DNA of 64,000 nt, from NCBI RefSeq assembly GCF_041956535.1, contig NW_027192198.1:760811-824810 (forward strand), written 5' to 3'. Below are positions 53,817-64,000 of this stretch, one piece after another. The notes under the pieces were generated by a model. The model saw only the letters and a program-made list of their open reading frames with translations. It searched no databases and was not told the DNA's origin. The stretch is from Calcarisporiella thermophila CBS 279.70 (Eukaryota; Fungi; Calcarisporiellomycota). Both the position numbers and the translations under genes were made by a program. Position 1 is the stretch's first letter. Each line of letters begins with the position of its first letter.

Positions 53817-54851
53817 ACATGCTCACAAGGTATACGATAAGAAAACATTTTCTTTATTTCTAATTTTTTTTTATTTTATTTGCATTGAAAATATTCCTTG
53901 TTTTAGTTTTTTCTTCTCTTTCTGTTCGATAAACTGAAAATTTTAACTCTCAATATATGCAACCCTTCTAATTTCCCCCCTAAATCTGACCGAAGGTTTC
54001 TCGTCAACTCAAACAAGAGAGTTTTCCATACATAAATTACCCATGATTACTTTAGCATGTGGTGAGTGTCCCCGAGAGGGAAGGGCTTTTAGGTAAGAAG
54101 AAGAGGGAGAGCAAGAAAAAGAAGCTATTCATTAAGCAATGTAGATCAAAACGAGGATGTACCATCCCTCCCTGGCCTAAAATGGAGATAATTTGAATTG
54201 TATGAAGAGAGAGCGGCCATTGAACTCAATTCACCTTGCACCGGTTACCGGATGCATAGCAAGTGCAGAATCTAATGCTTGCTTCAGAGGACTAGCTTCT
54301 CCATGTCATCTGGGCAGGCTAGCTGCCGCGGGCTCTGTTAACAAGGCTGCTTCAGAAGATGGGTCACGGATGGCCGCGTCCAGCCCAGCCCTTGGCCAGT
54401 CTCCCCCGCGTGCAAACGGTCTAGGCCTTGGAGCAGGGTCCACAAAACCAAACTCGCCTAGATCATCGGGGTTCAAGGGGAAGGGAGTATTTCTTCCCTC
54501 CCCTCGACACAAGATGGATATAGGGTTTAGGTTAGAGGGGAGGGGAGATCGTGTCATAGTTTTCCACGCTTTCGTTCTTAGCTTTTCGGCCGCCGCTCCT
54601 AACATAATGTCCCTCCAAAGCAAGTAATCAGCGTGGCAATAGTTGCTCTCTCCCTATTATAGAAAAATTTCAGATTGAGTTGATACGTCACCCTCCGAAA
54701 TGAAGATATTCTCCGTCTTTCGATTCCAATGCACTTGGGGCTCAATCTCGTTACACATGCGAACTTTTCGGCGGCCGACCCAATGAGCGATTTTAGCCTC
54801 TGACTTAGCGAAAAAGGAGAACGGCAGACGCAGAAACTTCTCAATTAGTGC

Positions 54852-54860
54852 TTATATAAA
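54852..54860 (+). promoter_or_regulatory. TATA box of the metallothionein gene
   Basis: TTATATAAA about 100 bp upstream of the ATG at 54962. Confidence 0.55.
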
Positions 54861-54961
54861 GAGCGGCGGTCACCCCGCTTCTTCCCACCAACTCATCTTT
54901 ACTGAGCATCCTCCTTCACTAGCAAACAAATCAGCTCTCTCTAAACTCTCTCTCTCTCAAA

Positions 54962-55135
54962 ATGACCTGCCCTTGCAACTCCTCTGCCAACAACGCCTGC
55001 ACCTGCGCTGCCAATGCCTGCGCTTGCCAAAACTGCACCTGCACCAACTGCGCCTCCAAGACCAGCTGCAACTGCGGTGGCAGCAAGTCCTCATGCACAT
55101 GCGGCAGCAACTGCAAGTGCAGCACATGCCAGTAA
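54962..55135 (+). CDS. Metallothionein, 57 aa (absent from the ORF track)
   Basis: MTCPCNSSANNACTCAANACACQNCTCTNCASKTSCNCGGSKSSCTCGSNCKCSTCQ: 16 Cys with seven CxC pairs, no aromatic residues, upstream TATA. Confidence 0.92.
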   Translation: MTCPCNSSANNACTCAANACACQNCTCTNCASKTSCNCGGSKSSCTCGSNCKCSTCQ

Positions 55136-55790
55136 GCCGCTGTGGTGGGCCTCACGCTCTTCCCATTGTCGAAGACCGGCGTTTGTTTCAACCTTATAAC
55201 GTTACCCATTTTGTTTGAGAAATAAATCATGTGTCTTTAATTTGTATAATAAACCTCCTCTTGATCCCTCATCCTTCTCGTTTGTCTTAAAGGTCTTGGG
55301 CGATGAAGCTCATTAGCAAATAAGCTGTACTAGCTATTAGAGAGATTCCGAAACTTATATCTGGAAGAAGCCCTGTCGGGCGTGTCTCGAGCCCCTGGCA
55401 GAGCCTGTAATCTTTCAGGTGATTGCATTAATTGATCTTTTTCTTGGTCGATTCAAAAGGATGACCATTCAGCACTTGAAAAGAAAAGAAAGGTGAATGT
55501 TTCCTTCTATGGAGAAATAGATATAGCTTTTTATTCAGTCTCTATTACTGTGGAAAAAACGCTTTCATGTATCAATAAGCTGAAATTCTGAGAAAGAGTA
55601 AAAATATTTATTATGAAATGAAAACGCGCTTCAATCAGTAAACCTTGAATTTGTTAGTTTGCCTCGAATCGGACGAATATCCTTCTTGTGGCTGATATTC
55701 AACTTAGAGAGAATGAGTGGCTTGGCTTCCGCCTTGAAATAGGATCTAAGTATTACTTCGCGCTGTGAACTGTGAAGGAAAAAAACAAGG

Positions 55791-56539
55791 ATGACGATGA
55801 ATCTCTCGCTCTACACCATCAAAGCAGTGCTCATTCTCGATAGCGATGGAAACAGAGTACTTGCGAAATATTACGGCAAGGATTATGCTTCCCTGAAGGA
55901 TCAAAAGGCATTTGAACGCTCGCTGTTTGATAAGACAAAACGATCGAGTGGTAATTTCCGATTCGCGTCCTCCTATTAGAGTATCGAGCAACGGGTAATG
56001 GACTAACTTATTTGTCACTTATAGCCGAGATCATTCTTTTCGATAACCACATTGTTTTATATCGCAATAACATCGATGTCTTTTTCTATGTCATCGGCTC
56101 ATTTGATGAAAATGAGCTTATCATCGCGTCTGCATTGAACACTTTTTACGAGGCCGTGTCCCTCCTTCTCAAGTACGAAAACCATACATTTAATTTTCTT
56201 TGATGAGATCTTTATTCATACTCCACTATTCTATATGTAGCCATCAGCTCGACAAGCGCTCCATCCTCGACAACCTGGATTTAGTCCTGCTAGCTCTAGA
56301 TGAAACTGTAGATGATGGGTAAATAGCACTTTTTATTAATCTTTTTTTTTTCCCACATTTTTGTCATCGCTAATTTTATCCTTTATTCGCTCAGAATTAT
56401 TCTCGAGACTGATCCTAACTATATTGTCTCGCGGGTTTCAAAACCTTCCGACACCGTCGACATTCCTCTCTCTGAGCAAACTCTGATGCAGGCAGTTCAG
56501 ACAGCACGCGAGCGCTTGGCCGGCTCTTTGATTAGATAG
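55791..56539 (+). CDS. RET3: Coatomer subunit zeta
   Basis: [62 protein letters not shown]|IILETDP. Confidence 0.95.
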
Positions 56540-57463
56540 AGCGGATCACTCTATGGCGTCTTGATTACCCATTCGTCTTTTATTTGCTCCTTGTTATATT
56601 TTCATTTTCTTGGGTATTCTTATCTGCGGGGCGATTTTTAGAGTTGAGTGAAAATTTTCCTCTTGTATCTCATATTCTTTTTCTCTCTTTTTTTTCGAGT
56701 AAAAAAATACTTTTTTCGCTTCATTAATCTATACAGGATTTATTTTGGTACTGGAGGCTATTTGGAGTTAACTATATAATAATGAAGGTATTATTATCGT
56801 AACTTGGCGATGTCTTAGGCTCATGTAGGGTTATCCAGATAAGAGCTCTCTTAAACACTTGCCTGATGATGATCTCCTGTGGGTATTCTTCATGCCACAG
56901 AAGAGGGAGAGGAACCAGTGACAGCTTGATCAAGGAACACCAAAATCTATACCGCATAATAGTAGAAATCTTGGGGTAGTGTATACTCTGGTCACTTAAC
57001 TAGTAACCTCTTTCCCCAAGGTCATTTGTCGCATCTTTCTATCCCCTTTCCTGAAGCTCCATATCCGTCATAATTTTTTCCATAAGTAAATAAATTTCCC
57101 ATAATCAAGATAATCCAATACATTGGCACTAAGGAGTGTCTGTCTCAGTTTCCCACTCCCCTCTTGGTTACTTGGTTAACTTTAGCCAGCATGGTCTTGT
57201 ATTTATATTTGGCAAGACCATTTATCCTCAAAATATTGACATTTAACACGACTACTTAGAGTCCTTGGGTTGGCCCCTTCCCTGGAGACAAATGTTTGGG
57301 TTGATAGAGTGGAGGACTAGCTAAAGGTGAGCAATGCTACATCATCAAAGTTTCATTTATTCGATTCTTAATTACACTTGCAAACAGGAAAATAGCTAAC
57401 TTGTCAAAGTCGTTAGCATCAGTATTGGAGGTCTCATCCACTTTGCCCAGGGATGTCACTTTA

Positions 57464-58622
57464 TTAGCGTTTCGCTTTATAACCACCATCCACAACGAGA
57501 GTCGCGCCGTTCGTGAAAGAACCGGCTCGCGACGCCAAATAAATACACGTTCCTACAATGTCCTCAGGCTCTCCGCCACGTCCAACGGGGATCAATGTGC
57601 CCACCATCTCGGTATTGTAATGCTTGGTTAATTCAGTGGGAAAATAGCCTGGAGCAATCGTATTCACGGTGACGTTGCGTTTCCCGAGATCAACGGCCAG
57701 AACTTCAGCCAAGCGATGAAGGGCTGCCTTGGATACCGAATAGGGGTATGTCCCAGGCGTCAGAGGTAAGATGCTAGCGACTATCGATCCAATCATAATC
57801 ACACGACTTGGGTCTTGGTGTGTGCACTTTGCAGTCAGAAGGGGAATAAGGCTATACCAAATAGAAGTCAGCTTGGCAACTATGTCTATAGGCTCTTTCT
57901 TCTCCTCCTACCCCTCCTCTTTTTCCCTTGTTGTGCGAGAAGAGTTTCAAAAGAAATAAAAACTTACGCCTGCGTTAAAAAAAAGGGTGTGTTTAGATTG
58001 AGATTCAACACAGAATCCCACTTGGTCTCAGGAAAAGTGTCGAGCTCATGGTGGCTCGACGTGCCAGCATTATTCACAAGCACATCTAGGTGATCTTCGC
58101 GCTTCTCTAGCTCCTCCACTAACCTCTTTATCCCTTCTGACTTGGTCAAGTCGGCAGGGATGCTGACACACACACCTGGTCCCTGCTGGCTAAGTTGGTC
58201 AGCAACCTAAGAGATGAAAGTAGAACAAGAGCGAAGATTTGTGCTTGAATCTTGAGTATGAAATCATTGCTCAGCTTGTTCTCAATATTCTACCTGATCG
58301 CATACTTCAGCCGTACTGCTTGAAATATAAACCTTAGCACCGTTGGAAACAAAGCCCTACAAGAAGAATAGTCAAAATAAATCTGGCGAAAGAAACCAAT
58401 GTGGTCGATAGTGCCGAGTCGTTCATCCTTCTCCTTCCTATCGCCGAAGCTCAGCTCCACTTACTGAAGCTATCATTTTCCCTATGCTATACAACATCAA
58501 ACTCGATGTTGTCAGCTTAAAAATGGGGGGCCTGAAGTTACAAGTGCCTCTACTCACCCACGGCTCCCGCCTGTGACAACCACAACTTTACTTTTCACGC
58601 TGAAGAGTTGCGAAATATCCAT
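57464..58622 (-). CDS. Short-chain dehydrogenase/reductase, tandem copy A
   Basis: VVVTGGSRG|IG, LVNNAG, YSVSK catalytic motif, VNTIAPG, GATLVVDGG; 22-nt micro-exon. Confidence 0.92.
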
Positions 58623-59732
58623 GGATGAGTTGAGATAGAATGGCAGAATCTAGCACCATCGAAATTGTAAAATGGGCAAATGCCATTTAGTTCCCCACTG
58701 TTAATATTTAGGCGTTGAGGATCATCAGTAGGTTGCATAATGGGATGGGCGATACTTGCCGCGGAACGGATTGATCCGAGATCCATGGAAATTGGGTAAG
58801 ATACCAGGGAAAACTGACTGAAACCTAGATGGTCTAGGATCCCGATCGGCAATATAATTCCCACTCTACTCACATAGGACCAGCATTACGGCTGATAAAC
58901 ATATTAGCGGGTCAGGTCCAAATGGCCTCCTATAGATATAATCATCGATGGTTGAGATAAATATAGCTGCATATTCATCAAGAATTGGGGAGACACATCT
59001 AAGAGCATTTAGGAATTTTCAGCTCCACTGTAAGCGTTGGATGTCCGCCATTTCTGGGCCAGCTTTGTCGGCTACAGATTCTTATTGATGATCACCACGT
59101 GGCCGACCGATTTAGTGAAGCGCATCATGGCTTAATAATATTCAGCCGTTTAATATTATTAAACGGGTTGTGGCCACCTTACTTCACTGAATTTTCAAGC
59201 GATTGTGAACAATTCAGATGATAGTTCACTTAACCGAATCTCTGATGATGATCTCCTATGAGCATTTTTCGTGTTATTGAATAGAAAGTACCAGTGAAAG
59301 TTTGATCAAGCACCAAAAATCATACTGCATATTAGCAGAAATATCTCGGAACAGGTGTCTACTACAATCACCTATTCTCCTCACTAAGGGGTGTCTGCCT
59401 CAGTTTCTCTCACTCCTCTTGGTTACTCGGCTAACTTGAGCCAGCCCGGTCTTGTGTTTATATTTGGCAAGACTATTTATCCTCAAAAAATTGACATTCA
59501 GCACGACTCCAGGTTAGGGTCTTTGGGTTAGCTCCTTCCCCTCTATCAACCCAAATGTTTGTCATTTGGGTTGATAGAGAGGAAGACTATCTAATGGCAG
59601 ACAAAGGTATGGCCTCAGCTTCATTTATTAGATTCTTTGCATGCTTGTCAAAAAGATATGGGGATAGCTTGTGAAGGTTGTTTGCACCAGCACCGGGGAT
59701 TTTAATCCGCTTTGCCCAGGGATGCCACTTTA

Positions 59733-60917
59733 TTACCGTTTGGCTAGATAACCACCATCCACCACAAGAGTTGCTCCATTCGCGTATGAACTAGCCCGCG
59801 ATGCCAAATAAATACATGCTCCTACAATGTCCTCGGGCTTTCCGCTGCGTCCAACTGGGATCTCTGCTAACATCTTCTCGGGATCGACCCGCTTTGCTAG
59901 TTCAGTGGGGAAAAAGCCTGGTGCGATCGCGTTCACGACAATGTTGCGTTTCCCAAGGTCAGCAGCCAGAGCCTTAGTCAAGTGATGAATCGCCGCTTTG
60001 GATGCAGCGTATGGATAAGACGCAGGAGTACGGGGCAAAACGTATGCGGCTACCGATCCAATCATGATAACACGACTTGGATCCTGATGCGTACACTTTG
60101 CGGTCAGAAGAGGAATAAGACTATATCAAATAGCAGTCAGTATTCTCATGCATAGCTCTCTTGCAATTCTGTGTATTTGCTCTTTCTTCTTCTTCTTCTC
60201 TTCTTAACTAATTTGCGAAAGGAGTTTCAAAAGAAATATAGACTTACGCCTGCGTTAAGAAAAAGGGTGTATTTAGATTGATACCCGTCACATAGTTCCA
60301 GTCCATCTCGGGAAAAGTGTCGAATTCATGGGAAGCCATCGCGCCTGCATTGTTCACGAGCAAGTCGAGGTGATTCTCTCGCTTCTCCAGTTCCTCGACA
60401 AACTTCTTAATTCCCTCTGGCTTGTACAGGTCGGCAGGAATGCTGACACACACTCCTGGTCCGCGTGTGCTAAGTTTATCTGCAACCTATAAGGTGAAAA
60501 TAAATCGAGAGCAAAGCGTTAGGGCTCGTGTTTGAAACAGGTGTGCAGGCAAAGCACCACTAGTTTCCAACGGCCTACCCGATCGCATACTTCAGCCGAT
60601 CTGCTTGTGATATAAACTTTAGCACCATTGACAACGAAACCCTACACAATGAATTTTCAATAAAAGGGGTTCGAGAAACACGCATATTCAATAATGTCGA
60701 GTTGGTGCTGTCCAGATCACCACTTTACTTTCTATCGTTGAAGCTCAATTCCACTTACCGTTGCGATCATTTCCCCTATGCTATATAACACCAACCGATG
60801 TCATTAGGTCAAAAGATGGCGCGAACCTGAGGACATGGGCGCTTCTACTCACCCTCGGCTCCCGCCCGTGACAACTACAACTTTATTTTTCACGCTGAAG
60901 AGCTGAGAAATTTCCAT
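59733..60917 (-). CDS. Short-chain dehydrogenase/reductase, tandem copy B
   Basis: Same exon layout as copy A; TGGSRG|IG, LVNNAG, YAASK, VNAIAPG, GATLVVDGG. Confidence 0.92.
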
Positions 60918-62348
60918 GAATGACTCAAAATAAATTAAGAAAATTTACCACTGTTGATAAGATAAAATGCGGAAAGTGCCAGCTCGACTTTCCCCTGTTA
61001 ATAGAAAGCGCTTGACAAACATAATGTAGAGTATAATGAAATTAGCAATGTTTGCCGCAAAGCTGATTGGCTAGTGGAGTATGGAATTTGATAAAGGAAA
61101 GAATGGAAGAGGCATGCGGCCGTCTGTGCAGTCACAACATGGCCTAGGCCCTTTTCCCCAGTTTTTTCAAGCTTGCCCCGATAACAGAAGAGCGGAAAAG
61201 TTAATGTAAAAATACTGCAGAGCCTGCTCTCTTTTCGAGATACGCAATCCATTTTTAGCAAATAAAGCTGGTAGGCTGAAAGGTTAAAGTTGGAAAAATG
61301 CATATCCCCATTCAATTATCTCTTTTCATTATGTCTATTCTATTGATCATGCGTTATTTTCACTATTATAATTTGTTTTGTGTGCCCTCTCTTAACAAAA
61401 CACACAGCACGTATCCTCTCCGGCATACTTACGTAAAACTTGTTGATGGGTTTCTTACTAATACTCTCCCTTTCGGTCTCATTTCTATGTCACATTTCAT
61501 CTCTGGTCTTTGGTGTCTTAAGATGATTATCAAGCTCTACGGTTATTTAACCAGAACCGAGCCGAAATTCGCTATTATAAGACACTACTCCATTAAGTAA
61601 GGGGTTTCACACAAAAACTGGGCCATTTTATTGACTTTCGCTGGGTATTTCTACTCAAAAACCTCGTTTGACATGGTAAATATTCTATTTCAGGAAAAAT
61701 CCTTGCTATGAGGAATGCCTTTCACCTTATAAGTTGACAAGCTCGAGGTGAATAAATAGTCCTCTGTGCCTCATTACTCATACTAGTAGGTCAGATCCGA
61801 ATGGCCTCCTATTGATATAGCTATAGACAGTTGAGGTAGATAGCTGTATGTTCGTCGAGAGTTGGGGAGAAAAATCTAAGAGCAATTAGGAATTTTCAGC
61901 TCCACTGCAAGTGTTGGATGTCCGCCATCTCTGAGCGAGTATAGTTGGCGACAGATTCATATTGATAATCACCACGTGGTCGACCGATTTGGTGAAGCGC
62001 ATCACGGCTGAACATTAAACGGCTCGTGGCCATTTTACTTCGCTGAATATTCAAGCGATTGCGATAGAACAGCCGAAAGCTGGATGGCAACCGTTCCTCC
62101 GTTTAGCAACGGAATAATGCACGTGCATAGTGCATAGTGAAACTTTGAGTTCAAGAAAGTCAAACAGGGAGGATTCAGGAGGATGCACCGTATATCCAAC
62201 TGCAGTGGTCGAATTGGGAGGGGCAGCAACGGTCCCATCCCCCATTCATCATCCCATCTTCAAGGCATATAGGTTTCCATGTCTGTTTATTGCTATAAAA
62301 CATACTAGTCCTCTACATTATATAAAACACGTGAAAAAAATGGTCCAT

Positions 62349-64000
62349 TTAAGCCGCCACCTTCTCTATCAAATGCGCAACGACGTGGGGATCCGCGAGG
62401 GTGCTGATGTCTCCAAGCTGATCCGCCTCTCCTGCAACAACTTTGCGCAGGATGCGTCGCATGATCTTGCCCGACCGTGTCTTGGGCAAATCGGCCACAA
62501 TGTAGATACGCTTGGGCGCAGCAAATGGGCCGATGGTGGTGCGGACTTGCAAGACCAGTTCCTTTGTCAGGACTGTTTCGTTTGCCTCAGCGGCATGGGG
62601 CTTAATGGTGGCAAAGACATGGATCGATTGCCCCGTCACGTCGTCGTGTCCTCCAATGACGGCCGCCTCGGCCACGGCGGGATGATGGATGAGGGCGGAT
62701 TCGATTTCAGCGGTGGAGAGGCGATGGCCCGACACATTGATGACATCGTCGACCCGACCACGGATCCAATAGTAGCCATCCTCATCGCGGGTCACGCCAT
62801 CCCCTGTGAAGTAGTAGCCCGGGTAGGGGCGCAGATAGGTATCGAGGAACCGCGGGTGGTCTCCGTACACAGTGCGCGCCATCGAGGGCCAGGGGCGCTT
62901 CACCGCCAGCACCCCCGTCACGTTCTCGCCCTTCAGCTCTTCGCCCGTGTAGGGATCCAGTACAGCGGGCTGGATCCCAAAGAACGGGAAGGTTGCCGAT
63001 CCGGGCCGGGTGGGGGTGCACCCGGGGAGTGGGGTGATGATGATGGAGCCAGTTTCAGTCTGCCAGTAGGTGTCCACGATGCTGCATCTGCCGCGGCCGA
63101 CCTTTTCATAGTACCACAGCCAGGCCTCGGGGTTGATGGGCTCACCCACTGAGCCCAGAACGCGCAGGGAGGACAAATCGTGCTTCTCCACCCAAGAATC
63201 GCCGAGGCGACGAAGGGCACGTATCGCGGTGGGGGCCAGGTAAAGCTGGGTGATGCGGTATTTATCGACGACAGCCCAGTAGCGTGAGGCGTCGGGATAG
63301 GTGGGGACGGACTCGAAGATAAGAGTGGTTGCACCAAGACATAACGGCCCATAGATGATGTAAGTGTGGCCCGTGATCCATCCCACATCTGCCATGCATC
63401 CATGGATGTCTCCTTCTTGGTAGTCGAAGATATACTTGACCGTCATCGCGGCCCCCAACAGATATCCACCAGTGGTGTGGAGCACTCCCTTCGGCTTGCC
63501 CGTCGACCCAGAGGTGTAGAGCAAGAAGAGGGGGTCCTCGGCGGATACGGGGGTGGGTGGGCACTCGTCCGATTGCTTTTCAATTTCCTCATGCCACCAG
63601 AGATCGCGCGGGGTGGAGAACGGCACGTTCCCGCCTGTTCGCTTGTACACAATCACATGCTTGACGCAATCCAAGCCTTCTAGTGCCTCATCGGCAATCT
63701 TCTTGGTGGCAATCGTCTTGCCGCCGCGCTTACCCTCATCTGCAGTGATGAGGATCTTGGACCCGGCATCTTTCATGCGTTCGCGCAGCGACTCCGCCGA
63801 GAATCCGGCGAAAATGACCGAGTGCGTACACCCAATGCGTGCGCAGGCCAAAAACGCAACTGCGGCCTCCGGGATCATGGGCAGGTACACTGCCACCGAA
63901 TCACCTTTCTTTGTTCCGAGGGAAAGAAGCAAGTTGGCAAGACGCTTCACCTCACGGTAGAGTTCTCCGTATGTGACTTTGCGTGATTCATGAGAATCGT
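62349..64000 (-). CDS. ACS: Acetyl-CoA synthetase (5' end beyond the window)
   Basis: [78 protein letters not shown]. Confidence 0.97.
   Translation of the reverse strand, partial: DSHESRKVTYGELYREVKRLANLLLSLGTKKGDSVAVYLPMIPEAAVAFLACARIGCTHSVIFAGFSAESLRERMKDAGSKILITADEGKRGGKTIATKKIADEALEGLDCVKHVIVYKRTGGNVPFSTPRDLWWHEEIEKQSDECPPTPVSAEDPLFLLYTSGSTGKPKGVLHTTGGYLLGAAMTVKYIFDYQEGDIHGCMADVGWITGHTYIIYGPLCLGATTLIFESVPTYPDASRYWAVVDKYRITQLYLAPTAIRALRRLGDSWVEKHDLSSLRVLGSVGEPINPEAWLWYYEKVGRGRCSIVDTYWQTETGSIIITPLPGCTPTRPGSATFPFFGIQPAVLDPYTGEELKGENVTGVLAVKRPWPSMARTVYGDHPRFLDTYLRPYPGYYFTGDGVTRDEDGYYWIRGRVDDVINVSGHRLSTAEIESALIHHPAVAEAAVIGGHDDVTGQSIHVFATIKPHAAEANETVLTKELVLQVRTTIGPFAAPKRIYIVADLPKTRSGKIMRRILRKVVAGEADQLGDISTLADPHVVAHLIEKVAA

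Larger units (their letters stand above)
56800..62065. repeat. Direct tandem segmental duplication (~56800-59210 and ~59215-62065) containing the SDR genes and their flanks
   Basis: Alignable blocks: 56850-56970 vs 59240-59345; 57130-57320 vs 59383-59590; genes and introns; 58910-59207 vs 61790-62062. Confidence 0.85.

Noticed and set aside
58910-59207. Conserved block (copy at 61790-62062) as a small coding gene
   Set aside because: Candidate reading frames are broken by stops or indels in one copy; explained by the tandem duplication.

Overview
Gene-dense, intron-rich eukaryotic DNA from a fungus. Short GT-AG introns and the gene content suggest an early-diverging, Mucoromycota-like lineage (inference). 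About 25 spliced protein genes are recognisable: UBR1 (partial), GID4/VID24, a P450, vezatin, an RNF14/ITT1 RBR ligase, an LRR-like protein, acetoacetyl-CoA synthetase, a protein with two forkhead-like domains, a TOM1/HUWE1 gene lacking its HECT half, NDUFA12, uricase, SPB1, UBC13, a bHLH factor, RPL26, a MOSC protein, a Cys-rich GPI-type protein, HEM1, a SABATH-like methyltransferase, CCT4, a 57-aa metallothionein missed by the ORF track, zeta-COP, two tandem SDRs and acetyl-CoA synthetase (partial). There is one tRNA-Ala(AGC). The strongest leads are: (i) an intact 12-exon, ~2340-aa TOM1/HUWE1 N-terminal half that stops cleanly before the HECT half, a candidate split E3 ligase; (ii) a non-cloverleaf A-box/B-box Pol III element head-to-head with the tRNA; (iii) adjacent Arg/N- and Pro/N-degron recognin genes in a region rich in ubiquitin-system genes; (iv) copy-specific inverted-duplication hairpins inside the SDR tandem duplication. 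No transposon, CRISPR array or rRNA was seen. Exon boundaries were read by eye and are approximate unless stated.
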